Counted from the stretch's first letter, positions 21,585-30,627 are shown. The stretch: 64,000 nt of DNA from Methanomassiliicoccaceae archaeon (GCA_963768775.1 CAVYIY010000005.1:159028-223027); one strand, 5' to 3'. Numbers and translations are program-made. Notes: generated by a model from the letters alone, not told the origin.

Positions 21585-21637
21585 TTGCACTCAAAGTCGT
21601 TCTTGCACCTAAAATCATAAGTTTGCACCTAAAGTCT
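21585..21637 (+). repeat. Three phased direct repeats of TTGCAC(C)TAAA(A/G)TC at the left transposon end
   Basis: The copies start at 21585 (TTGCACTCAAAGTCG), 21603 (TTGCACCTAAAATCA) and 21623 (TTGCACCTAAAGTCT). Spacing is 18 and 20 nt. Confidence 0.7.
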
Positions 21638-21640
21638 TGC

Positions 21641-21655
21641 TTAAGTCAGACTTAA
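21641..21655. promoter_or_regulatory. Perfect palindrome TTAAGTC-A-GACTTAA, a putative operator upstream of the wHTH gene
   Basis: 7-bp arms around one central base, about 50 nt upstream of the ATG at 21707. The half-site resembles the AAGTC end of the iteron. Confidence 0.4.
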
Positions 21656-21706
21656 GACAGCAAGATTCAAAAGGGGATGAATACATGACTATTATGGTTG
21701 CAGCCT

Positions 21707-23143
21707 ATGAAGTCGAGTTCGAGTATTACTGCGAATGTTATTTGGCCATCAGCTGGCTTTTCGACTATCAAGAAGATAACCATCGCGCTCGTTAGCGGAA
21801 GGACGGTTCGTTCAGACCTCGTTCATAAGGCGAGTGTTAGCAAAAGTGCAATGAATAATGCTTTACCTATAATGCGAAATCTGCAAATCGTTCAATCAGA
21901 AGGGTACAGAAAAACCTCCCTCAAGTTGACGGAGGATGGGGAAGAACTTGCAACAGCATTGAAGAACAACAACGAAGATGGATTGAATCTCATTGGAGAA
22001 AGATTGCTCAATAATTCCCCAGTCCTGAAATCGGCTAAATCAAGACTCGTTCAGAATCCGCAAATCAATTTGGAAATCCTTGGTCACCAATTGGCCGAGG
22101 AATTTGGAATGAGATGGGACCACTCAGGTACTTATAGAAATGTAGGCCAGCACTCAAAAAGTATTCTTATGAATTTTGGGGCAATCCCACGAACTGGTAT
22201 GAGATCTTCCAATGGAGGGTATATTGTGCCCAATAGGACCACATTGGTCCCATCGACATCAGCTGAAATGATTTTTGATTTCATTAAGAAACTTGACCGA
22301 GAACAGGCAAAGCCAATTGTGGGGAGTCTGGAACCAAGTTCAACAAAGACATATCGGTTAGGGCGATTCAAATCACTTATCGACCTCGACCTTGTCGAAT
22401 CACCATTGGGGGACAAATGTTTTCGCCTAACTGAAAGTGGATTGAGATTGAAGCGAGCAATCCAAAACGGGGAGGAATCACGAGTATTTGCTGAAATTAT
22501 CTTTGAATTTCAGCCCTCCAAGGAGGTAATTCTTATTCTTTCAAATGCTAAACAGACATTCAATTCTACTGAAATAGGCAACAATATCGCTGAATATAAT
22601 GGTGCGAATTGGGGAAAGGAGACAAGCAGACAAGAAGGATTGCGATTCCTTTCTTGGCTTAGAACAGCTGGAATTGCTCAACAAAATCATGAACCAGGCA
22701 AGTATCGAATAACGCTTGCCCCTGTTCTCTTTTCTGTTTCATATGTGTCAAAAGTTGTTCCTCCATTAGAAGTAAAGAAGATCGAAATGCCTGAACCTCC
22801 ATTGCAACTAATTGTGAAAGACCATTTCGTTATGGACGAAAGGGAAATGATTAAAGAATTGGATAGATTCCTCATAAAAGCAGGGGAAATACTCCATACG
22901 AACCCAAATGAAAGTGAAATTGGAGATTATTTCGCCGAAACAGGTAGAATATTAAATGCGATTGTTGAAATTGCTGAGAAAGAAAAGAAACAAGAATGGC
23001 TTGCGATTCATCTTCGAGACCTCACCGAGATCGTTTTAAGATTGAATAATTTGGAAATGCTCGAAGAAATGGTAACTTTCGCGTATCTATGGAAGAAGGT
23101 TTTAAAAGAGAATGATGATTATTATTCGAGAACACCGGGATAG
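21707..23143 (+). CDS. Hypothetical protein with several winged-helix-like DNA-binding modules
   Basis: ORF 21698..23143 with the first ATG at 21707. The segments RSDLVHKASVSKSAMNNALPIMRNLQIVQSEGYRKTSLKLTEDGEELA, RLGRFKSLIDLDLVESPLGDKCFRLTESGLRL and GLRFLSWLRTAGIAQQNHEPGKYRIT look wHTH-like. No family is recognised. Confidence 0.55.
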   Translation: MKSSSSITANVIWPSAGFSTIKKITIALVSGRTVRSDLVHKASVSKSAMNNALPIMRNLQIVQSEGYRKTSLKLTEDGEELATALKNNNEDGLNLIGERLLNNSPVLKSAKSRLVQNPQINLEILGHQLAEEFGMRWDHSGTYRNVGQHSKSILMNFGAIPRTGMRSSNGGYIVPNRTTLVPSTSAEMIFDFIKKLDREQAKPIVGSLEPSSTKTYRLGRFKSLIDLDLVESPLGDKCFRLTESGLRLKRAIQNGEESRVFAEIIFEFQPSKEVILILSNAKQTFNSTEIGNNIAEYNGANWGKETSRQEGLRFLSWLRTAGIAQQNHEPGKYRITLAPVLFSVSYVSKVVPPLEVKKIEMPEPPLQLIVKDHFVMDEREMIKELDRFLIKAGEILHTNPNESEIGDYFAETGRILNAIVEIAEKEKKQEWLAIHLRDLTEIVLRLNNLEMLEEMVTFAYLWKKVLKENDDYYSRTPG

Positions 23144-23208
23144 CGAAGATCGGTATCGCAGCCCTCTCATCGGTAGGCAGTTCGGGGGTTCAAATCCCCC
23201 TCCCGGTA
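23134..23208 (+). tRNA. tRNA-like sequence (central CAT, so Met/Ile2-type?) with a defective anticodon stem; a possible tRNA pseudogene
   Basis: The acceptor ACCGGGA/TCCCGGT, D arm GCGA-AGATCGGTA-TCGC and T arm GGGGG-TTCAAAT-CCCCC all pair perfectly. The anticodon arm GCCCTCTCATCGGTAGGC forms only 3 clean base pairs. Confidence 0.45.
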
Positions 23209-23576
23209 CCTCTTTCCTTCTTTATCCCAGTGTCTCGAACGTCCTTGGAGCTGCCACTTCGAAGTTGCAGCCACGAAGTCGAAAGCTCCCGGACTGTATA
23301 CACTCAGGAACTAATGTGTCTTAAAGGGTTTGCGCTCATTCCTTCTATTGATTCTTAGTCGAAGCTGATATGAATGAATGTTGATGGTGCAATCGATCAT
23401 TATGATGAATTCTACCTTCAAATAAAGGATTATTATGATCTATTGAAACAAAACTGTATTACAATGGCATTACACGAATCAAATCTAAATCACAGTTGTC
23501 GATTAGAAACACGATGAATCGTTCGAACGTCCTTTTAGAGTGTTAACGATAAATAGAAAATCGAGAAGTATGAAAG

Positions 23577-23591
23577 TTGTACCTAAAGTCG
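23577..23591 (+). repeat. Extra iteron copy TTGTACCTAAAGTCG upstream of the small zinc-ribbon gene
   Basis: Matches the TTGCACCTAAAGTC consensus at 13 of 14 positions and lies 62 nt upstream of the ATG at 23653. Confidence 0.4.
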
Positions 23592-23652
23592 GCTGTGGGT
23601 AGTTTCACTGTAATTGGCGATTTGAATAGCATCCTATGACCTTCAGCAGATT

Positions 23653-23802
23653 ATGTGGTTGAAACCAAAGAAGCGAGAAGTTCTAGTCCTGAGAATGGTT
23701 GGCAAATGCCCAGAATGCGGAGCGGCTTTGTGGTCTGGATCGCAGAAATGCGGAAGATGTGGAAAATTGATCGAAAATAGATTTCATTTGGCTGGCAAAT
23801 AA
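23653..23802 (+). CDS. Small zinc-ribbon protein (49 aa)
   Basis: Hand translation gives MWLKPKKREVLVLRMVGKCPECGAALWSGSQKCGRCGKLIENRFHLAGK, with the CPxCG...CGRCG motif. It is below the 60-aa cutoff of the ORF track. Confidence 0.4.
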   Translation: MWLKPKKREVLVLRMVGKCPECGAALWSGSQKCGRCGKLIENRFHLAGK

Positions 23803-24779
23803 GTCTCTATCGTTGGATTGGGGCGAATGCCCTTTCGAATCCTTTCAACCATCGAGTTCAACTCATCCCAGTATGAACAAACACTCATGATCTCTCTGAT
23901 TGCCAATTCATCAATCTCTCCTTTCTCGGTTGAAGGTAGTTGGATTTTGAAGTCCTTTAACTTCTCGTTGAAGCACTTACGGCCATACGAATACCTCCAC
24001 GTTTCACGATTCAGCATATATTGAATGAAGATGAGAGTGGATAGCATAATTGTCTTCTTGGGCAAACAGACGGCGACGTCATCCTTGGCCGCAAAGGTAT
24101 ATGGATGGTATTTCGTGAGAAGAGGCCACGATCCATTGTAGGCGATAGTCAGGCATTGAGAATAGGTCTTATTCTTGGGCACCTCAACGAAGCCAACTAT
24201 CCCATTGTTAATATTTCCGCAAGAAACTAAAGGCGTCTTACCTGGATGCAGCTCAGACGCATTATGGTAATCGCCCGAGTTCAAGTCGAAAATGGATTTT
24301 AGTGAGTGAAATTTGAATCGGCTTATTGATGGAGTAGCAGAGTTATTCTTCCTCTCTGGCAAAATATTGTGAATGTCAGTCAGCCTTATTTTTGAGAATT
24401 GCTCGATTGGAAGCTGAATCGCCTTCAGTCTTGTAGGGGTGAGTTTTCTTCCAAAAGAAAAGCGCCATCTTGAATTAGTAATAATACTGGCAATGAAAAA
24501 TAGCTTTTCAAGTTCGATCTTTTGCTTTGGAATAAGAACGGTGATGTCATCTGGCACAGTCGAAAAATCGACGGTCTGAACGAAGGCATATCCAGCAACT
24601 CTTTCGACCGTTATTGCTGGTGCTTTAAAGCTCGGAGTAGCCTTTACAAAGCCAGTAACTCCATTGTTTTCGGTCGTTGCAGAAATTAGAGGAGTAGGAC
24701 CAGCTTCAAAATCCTCGATATAGCCGCCTTTTCCCTTCTTTGGATAAAAAAGTTCATCAATCGTCGCCATGAAATTCAT
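23784..24779 (-). CDS. Restriction-modification specificity subunit with two TRD-like repeats (BcgI-B-like)
   Basis: 331 aa with an internal duplication: ...PLISATTENNGVTGFV...DDITVLIPKQKIELEKLFFIASIITNSRWRFSFGRKLTPTRLKAIQLPI is repeated as ...PLVSCGNINNGIVGFV...DDVAVCLPKKTIMLSTLIFIQYMLNRETWRYSYGRKCFNEKLKDFKIQLP. The start overlaps the upstream methylase gene by 23 nt. Confidence 0.65.
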   Translation of the reverse strand: MNFMATIDELFYPKKGKGGYIEDFEAGPTPLISATTENNGVTGFVKATPSFKAPAITVERVAGYAFVQTVDFSTVPDDITVLIPKQKIELEKLFFIASIITNSRWRFSFGRKLTPTRLKAIQLPIEQFSKIRLTDIHNILPERKNNSATPSISRFKFHSLKSIFDLNSGDYHNASELHPGKTPLVSCGNINNGIVGFVEVPKNKTYSQCLTIAYNGSWPLLTKYHPYTFAAKDDVAVCLPKKTIMLSTLIFIQYMLNRETWRYSYGRKCFNEKLKDFKIQLPSTEKGEIDELAIREIMSVCSYWDELNSMVERIRKGIRPNPTIETYLPAK

Positions 24780-26613
24780 CTTCCTTTGCGCCTCTGATTA
24801 GGAACGCGACGTTGTCCCTGATAAGACTCTCTGCATCGAGCCTGATCTTCTCGGATGTAACAGGCTCATCGTCGAGATAGGCTTCAGGGCACAATTCAAA
24901 CAGTTCATCCTCGTCATTTATCTCGATTGCCTTCTGCATTTGAGGTATATTTGGAACGCTAATGCTCGGGTCTACCAGATATGATGCCAATATAGGTTTG
25001 AGCGTCTCCAAATCATTTGGTTCGCTTGGATTGGGGAGTCTCTTGCCTTTCTTCAGTTTATACCCATCATGGGCCGCTCGGAGCCATAACACCTTTTGAT
25101 TGCCTTGTGGCACACCTTTTCTGATGAATACTCCTACAGTTATGACCCCCACTCCAGGTTGAAATAATTCTTGCGGAAAAGAAATCACGCATAATAGGCT
25201 ATTCTCTTTTACCAGCCTTTTCCTCCAGCTAAGGTAGCCTCCTTTTTTAATCATGCATGAATAGGGCAGGACTGAAAACAGTAACCCCTCATCTTGCATT
25301 TGTTTCAAAGCCTGCTCTACGAAGAGAAATTCCTTCTTGTCGGTCTTCTTCTTTGGAAATGGCGGATTCATTAAGACCCTGGTAATTGGAGGAACCCGCT
25401 TTTCGGTTTCTTCATTAAGGTATTCAGCTCCGACTACTCCGTTTTTTGAAGACAGATTGAGATATTTGCGGAAACAATTTCCTTCAATGATGTTGTTTTT
25501 GCCATCACCCCTGAAGATCATGTTGACTAACGCAAGAGCCACAATTGTATCCTGTTCTTCGATTCCGTACAAACCGACCTTTCTGAACTCTTGGAAATCT
25601 CGATCATTTGCTTTCTTCTTGACCTCGTCGAAAGCGGCTACCAGGAAGCCTCCAGTTCCACAGGTTGGGTCAAGAACGAGGTCATTGGCGTTGATGTTTG
25701 TGACCTCTGCGGCGAGACGAGTTACGTGGCGAGGCGTAAGGACAATCCCTATCTCCTTTGCCCCATTGCCATATTTCAGGAAGACCTCGTAAAATTTGCC
25801 GAGAACATCCTTTCCCGAACGCATTGCCGAATGGATGTTTAGTCCCAGCAGTTCCTGAGTGGTCTTAACAATTGCCGATTTTAGCTTTATGTGATTATCC
25901 TCACTTGATGGAAGGTCGATATGGATAAAGGGGGAGAATTCGGATTTATTCTCAGCTTTTAGCACAAGGTCTACTCGTTGATTAATTTGGCTAACGAGTT
26001 CTGGTGGACTTAGATTCAAATCGACATCGGGCTTCCGCGTCATGGCTAGAAGGATCGCAGAAATGAACTTCGCCCTTGCATCTTTATGAATGGCGTTTTC
26101 ATGAAGAATTCCATTGATCTCCTCAGCCGTTCTGAGAAAATCTTCTTCAGAAATCTCAATGTCCTTTATGTTGGCATCGTCGTTTTTTAGAACCTGCTCA
26201 ATCTCGGTAGCAGAGAGTAAGGCGGTGACTTCTGAGTTATTCTCAGTAATTATTTCCCAGGATCCATTCACCAAATACCTGCTCGTTGCAATATATCCTT
26301 CTTCATCATTGCCAGCAATGCCAGTGCAAAAATGTGCTTTTATGAATTTGCTATTATTGATGTCATCGCAATATCCTATGGCTTCCTTGATTGCTTTTTC
26401 GAGGAGAACGCGCTTACTTTTAGCTTCTATGACATAGAATTGGTTGTTTGAAATCTCAACGATGTTTTCAGGGACTCCGCCTTTGAGTTGCTCTTTCAGA
26501 TACCTGTTATTATTGCATTCGTTTTGTGTGAATATCTTCCCCTTCCAACCCTTTTTCGACCTCAGTTCCTTAAGGATATGAACGTAAGCATGAACTTCCG
26601 TGACCGAATTCAT
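24757..26613 (-). CDS. N6-adenine DNA methyltransferase fused to an N-terminal PD-(D/E)xK-like nuclease domain (Type IIB/IIG-like RM subunit, BcgI-A-like)
   Basis: 618 aa. MTase motif I is VLDPTCGTGGFLVAAF and motif IV is LMNPPFP. The N-terminal roughly 130 aa contain VPENIVEIS...FYVIEAKSK (E...ExK). No separate restriction endonuclease or HsdR gene is nearby. Confidence 0.75.
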   Translation of the reverse strand: MNSVTEVHAYVHILKELRSKKGWKGKIFTQNECNNNRYLKEQLKGGVPENIVEISNNQFYVIEAKSKRVLLEKAIKEAIGYCDDINNSKFIKAHFCTGIAGNDEEGYIATSRYLVNGSWEIITENNSEVTALLSATEIEQVLKNDDANIKDIEISEEDFLRTAEEINGILHENAIHKDARAKFISAILLAMTRKPDVDLNLSPPELVSQINQRVDLVLKAENKSEFSPFIHIDLPSSEDNHIKLKSAIVKTTQELLGLNIHSAMRSGKDVLGKFYEVFLKYGNGAKEIGIVLTPRHVTRLAAEVTNINANDLVLDPTCGTGGFLVAAFDEVKKKANDRDFQEFRKVGLYGIEEQDTIVALALVNMIFRGDGKNNIIEGNCFRKYLNLSSKNGVVGAEYLNEETEKRVPPITRVLMNPPFPKKKTDKKEFLFVEQALKQMQDEGLLFSVLPYSCMIKKGGYLSWRKRLVKENSLLCVISFPQELFQPGVGVITVGVFIRKGVPQGNQKVLWLRAAHDGYKLKKGKRLPNPSEPNDLETLKPILASYLVDPSISVPNIPQMQKAIEINDEDELFELCPEAYLDDEPVTSEKIRLDAESLIRDNVAFLIRGAKEDEFHGDD

Positions 26614-26765
26614 TTCTTATTCCCACCCTTCTTGATCCAATCACTTAATGCCTCTTCGCCCGCTTCCGACAAGTGGCCTTTCTTCATTCCCAGTCTATGT
26701 GACACTGCATCTCTGAACCCTTCATCCACATCATCGCTGACGACTAGGAGAATTTTTTTAGTCAA
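26610..26765 (-). CDS. Small ribbon-helix-helix-like protein, a putative R-M controller
   Basis: Hand translation gives (L)TKKILLVVSDDVDEGFRDAVSHRLGMKKGHLSEAGEEALSDWIKKGGNKK. The TGA overlaps the methylase ATG (ATGA). There is no ATG, so a TTG start at 26765 is assumed. Confidence 0.4.
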   Translation of the reverse strand: MTKKILLVVSDDVDEGFRDAVSHRLGMKKGHLSEAGEEALSDWIKKGGNKK

Positions 26766-26847
26766 GTAGACCAAATATATATGTGCATATCCAATTATAT
26801 AACTATCTAGTTATGATGATAATGTGATATATGAATATCATCTTACT

Positions 26848-27012
26848 TTAATCAGTTATTGATGACTTGGTTTTGCGTCTTGGACTATCCCAATACGGGC
26901 TTTTACATTTAGGGCAGACGCGCGGCTTAGGCGGTTCGGCAACGATCTGTTTCGGAGCCCATTTGTGCTTGCATCTAAGGCACTCGAATCCAGCCACCAT
27001 GATTCTAGGCAT
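26848..27012 (-). CDS. Small zinc-ribbon protein (54 aa)
   Basis: Hand translation gives MPRIMVAGFECLRCKHKWAPKQIVAEPPKPRVCPKCKSPYWDSPRRKTKSSITD (CxxC...CxxC). It is more plausible than the antisense track ORF 26867..27067. Confidence 0.5.
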   Translation of the reverse strand: MPRIMVAGFECLRCKHKWAPKQIVAEPPKPRVCPKCKSPYWDSPRRKTKSSITD

Positions 27013-27122
27013 GATGAATGAAGGTATGTACTCTATGATATATTATCTTTCGGTTGTCATTCGGTAGCCTGGTAGCAACCTTAATATATACCTAATGAGT
27101 ATATACCTATTAGGTAAGAAAT

Positions 27123-28373
27123 ATGGCACACCTTGAAAAGACAACAAGAGAAGATCGCGCCAAGCTTATCGCGCGTAAAGCAAACTCGATTAATGAAGTT
27201 AAACCAGGCATATTCGCAGTCAAATCGCAAAGCGGAATAGGCGTATATCGAGTCGAGAATAATCGGGGCTGGAAATGCAATTGCCCAGATCATGTTACCA
27301 GGGGAGTCGATTGCAAGCATATCCTTGCGACTAGATATTACCTTGAAGCGCAGCACGAAACGCCGGAAGGTGTCGTTACGGAGAAGATTAGGCTGACCTA
27401 CAATCAGGCTTGGTCAGCTTATAATTCAGCTCAGGAGGAAGAGGTAAGGCTCTTCGACAAGCTCCTGAGCGAATTGGTTGAGGGGATACCGGAGCCAGAA
27501 CAGGTGATGGGCCGTCCTCGATTGCCGCTCAATGAGCAGCTTTTCTGCTCAATCCAGAAAGTCTATTCCCAATTGTCCAGTCGTCGCGCCCATAGCCTCT
27601 TCAAGAACGCCAATGAGAGAGGGCAGATCGGCCATGCGCCCCACTTCAACGCGCCATCCAAGCTGTTCAATCGGCCTGAGATCACGCCAATCCTCCATGA
27701 GCTGATAAGGCTCTCCGCCATGCCAGTTGCCGACATCGAGACGGACTTCGCAATCGATTCGACCGGATTTAGGACAACGACGTTCAATGCATACCACGGA
27801 GAGAAGCACAACGTCAAGAGAAAGCAGAACTGGCTCAAGGCGCATATGTGCTGTGGAGTGAAGACCAACATTGTTACGAGCATTGAGGTAACAAATGAGT
27901 TTGGCGCGGATTCCGTCCAGTTCCAGCCCCTCCTTGCGAAGACGGCTGAGTCGTTCAAGATAAACGAGGTAAGCGCGGATATGGCCTATTCCTCACGCGC
28001 CAATTTGCAGGCCGTTGGCGACCTTGGAGGAGTCGCTTTCATCCCTTTCAAGAGCAACGTGAACGGTAAACCCACTGGTTCGCCTTTGTGGAAGAAGATG
28101 TACCACTTCTTCCAGTACCACAGGGAAGAGTTCGAGGCGCACTACCATAAGCGGAGCAACGTGGAATCCACAAACGCGGCCATTAAGCGGAAGTTTGGGG
28201 AGACGCTGAAATCGAAGAACCTGATTGCTCAAACTAACGAACTATTGGCTAAGATCGTGGCCTATAACCTCACGGTGATAATCCACGAGATGTATGAGAA
28301 TGGGGTGGAGCCGGACTTCCTGCACATACATCCTAATCCGGGCAACGACGCCTTAAGCGCGGATGCATCATAA
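27123..28373 (+). CDS. IS4-family DDE transposase with an N-terminal SWIM zinc finger
   Basis: 416 aa. The SWIM motif CxCx(n)CxH is WKCNCPDHVTRGVDCKH. The DDE context is FAIDSTGF and VSADMAYSS. There is an exact IS4 YREK signature Y-(2)-R-(3)-E-(6)-K in HYHKRSNVESTNAAIKRKFGE. Confidence 0.8.
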   Translation: MAHLEKTTREDRAKLIARKANSINEVKPGIFAVKSQSGIGVYRVENNRGWKCNCPDHVTRGVDCKHILATRYYLEAQHETPEGVVTEKIRLTYNQAWSAYNSAQEEEVRLFDKLLSELVEGIPEPEQVMGRPRLPLNEQLFCSIQKVYSQLSSRRAHSLFKNANERGQIGHAPHFNAPSKLFNRPEITPILHELIRLSAMPVADIETDFAIDSTGFRTTTFNAYHGEKHNVKRKQNWLKAHMCCGVKTNIVTSIEVTNEFGADSVQFQPLLAKTAESFKINEVSADMAYSSRANLQAVGDLGGVAFIPFKSNVNGKPTGSPLWKKMYHFFQYHREEFEAHYHKRSNVESTNAAIKRKFGETLKSKNLIAQTNELLAKIVAYNLTVIIHEMYENGVEPDFLHIHPNPGNDALSADAS

Positions 28374-28394
28374 ATAGGACGAAATAACACAACA

Positions 28395-28556
28395 TTACTT
28401 GGACATCGCGTCTTTCCATTGTTCCATCCATTTCCTATATGCCCATCTATGCAATTTGCATGCATTACGTTTTGGAATGCTGTGCGCATGAGGACATACT
28501 TCGTCGTCGGTGATCTCCAACTCTCCTTTCTTTAAAGATTCCACGAACCATGACAT
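28395..28556 (-). CDS. Small Cys/His-containing protein (53 aa)
   Basis: Hand translation gives MSWFVESLKKGELEITDDEVCPHAHSIPKRNACKLHRWAYRKWMEQWKDAMSK. It lies inside the transposon and is below the ORF-track cutoff. Confidence 0.35.
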   Translation of the reverse strand: MSWFVESLKKGELEITDDEVCPHAHSIPKRNACKLHRWAYRKWMEQWKDAMSK

Positions 28557-28630
28557 CTTTTTTCGCCTTCTTTGTTCAATAGAAGCTTTTGAGGCTTACA
28601 ACAACCTTCCGGGGTGATTCTCAATATCGG

Positions 28631-28665
28631 TTGCACCTAATGTCCATATTCCGCACCTAATGTCC
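28631..28665 (+). repeat. Two phased direct repeats of (TT/CC)GCACCTAATGTCC at the right transposon end
   Basis: The copies are at 28631-28645 and 28651-28665, an exact 13-nt repeat with a 20-nt period. IR-R (28676-28694) carries a related copy in the opposite orientation. Confidence 0.65.
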
Positions 28666-28694
28666 TCGTTCATGGTCACTTTAGATGCAAAGCC

Positions 28695-28703
28695 CACGAT
28701 GGC
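28695..28703. repeat. Right copy of the 9-bp target-site duplication CACGATGGC
   Basis: Identical to 21572-21580. Confidence 0.7.
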
Positions 28704-28897
28704 CAGAAGAGTACGTTGAGGCGCTCGTTGGCAAAGCGACTGCTAGTCTCGCGATTCTTCTGCTCCCTTTCTCGTGCAGACGAGCTGAGAAGAGGGGAAA
28801 GAAAAAAACTTAGATGGCGCTCGATGCAAACCTTTGGTGCTTGATGTCCTGCCAAGGAATTGGTGGGGAGGCAACGAATGCCTCCCCTTGGTCACGT

Positions 28898-30366
<1,469 letters not shown>

Positions 30367-30627
30367 CGATCCTTGATGCTTAATCCATTACTGATTACTG
30401 CTAAGGATTTAACACGAAATTGGCAGGATTACCAAGTTTCACCGGCGATACCACTTCAATATTAGTGATATTCGCCATCGATCGTCAGAACCAAGAGAGC
30501 ACGTCATTCTTGACGGAGATCTCAGTTCTCCATTATCGCTCACAGCTCTTTTTTGCGATACAGGCCAGAAGACCCATATTGCTCTTTTTCTGCTGTGTCT
30601 CAGCTTAGAATCCCCTTAACTTCGGTC

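Larger units (their letters stand above)
21581..28694. mobile_element. 7.1-kb IS4-family-type cargo transposon bounded by imperfect terminal inverted repeats and a 9-bp target-site duplication
   Basis: IR-L at 21581-21599 is GGCTTTGCACTCAAAGTCG. The reverse complement of IR-R (28676-28694) is GGCTTTGCATCTAAAGTGA; 14/19 positions match and the first 9 are perfect. The direct repeat CACGATGGC abuts both ends (21572-21580 and 28695-28703). The interior is low-GC and encodes a YREK DDE transposase. Confidence 0.75.

Noticed and set aside
23181-23199. A 19-nt identity (TCGGGGGTTCAAATCCCCC) between the tRNA-like sequence and tRNA-Ser (31165-31183), considered as a possible att pair.
   Set aside because: The match is confined to the universally conserved T arm. 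The acceptor ends differ, so it is not evidence for recombination.
27070-27120. A separate left inverted repeat was sought that would define a compact 1.6-kb IS around the transposase (27.07-28.69 kb).
   Set aside because: No GGCTTTGCA-like terminus is present there, only the ACCTAAT/ATTAGGT hairpin. The 9-bp duplication pairs the 28694 end with the 21581 end instead.
28865-28887. A perfect 9-bp GC-rich hairpin (GGGGAGGCA-ACGAA-TGCCTCCCC) just downstream of the 16S 3' end, considered as a novel element.
   Set aside because: It is most simply part of the rRNA 3' trailer, processing or terminator structure, and nothing distinguishes it further.
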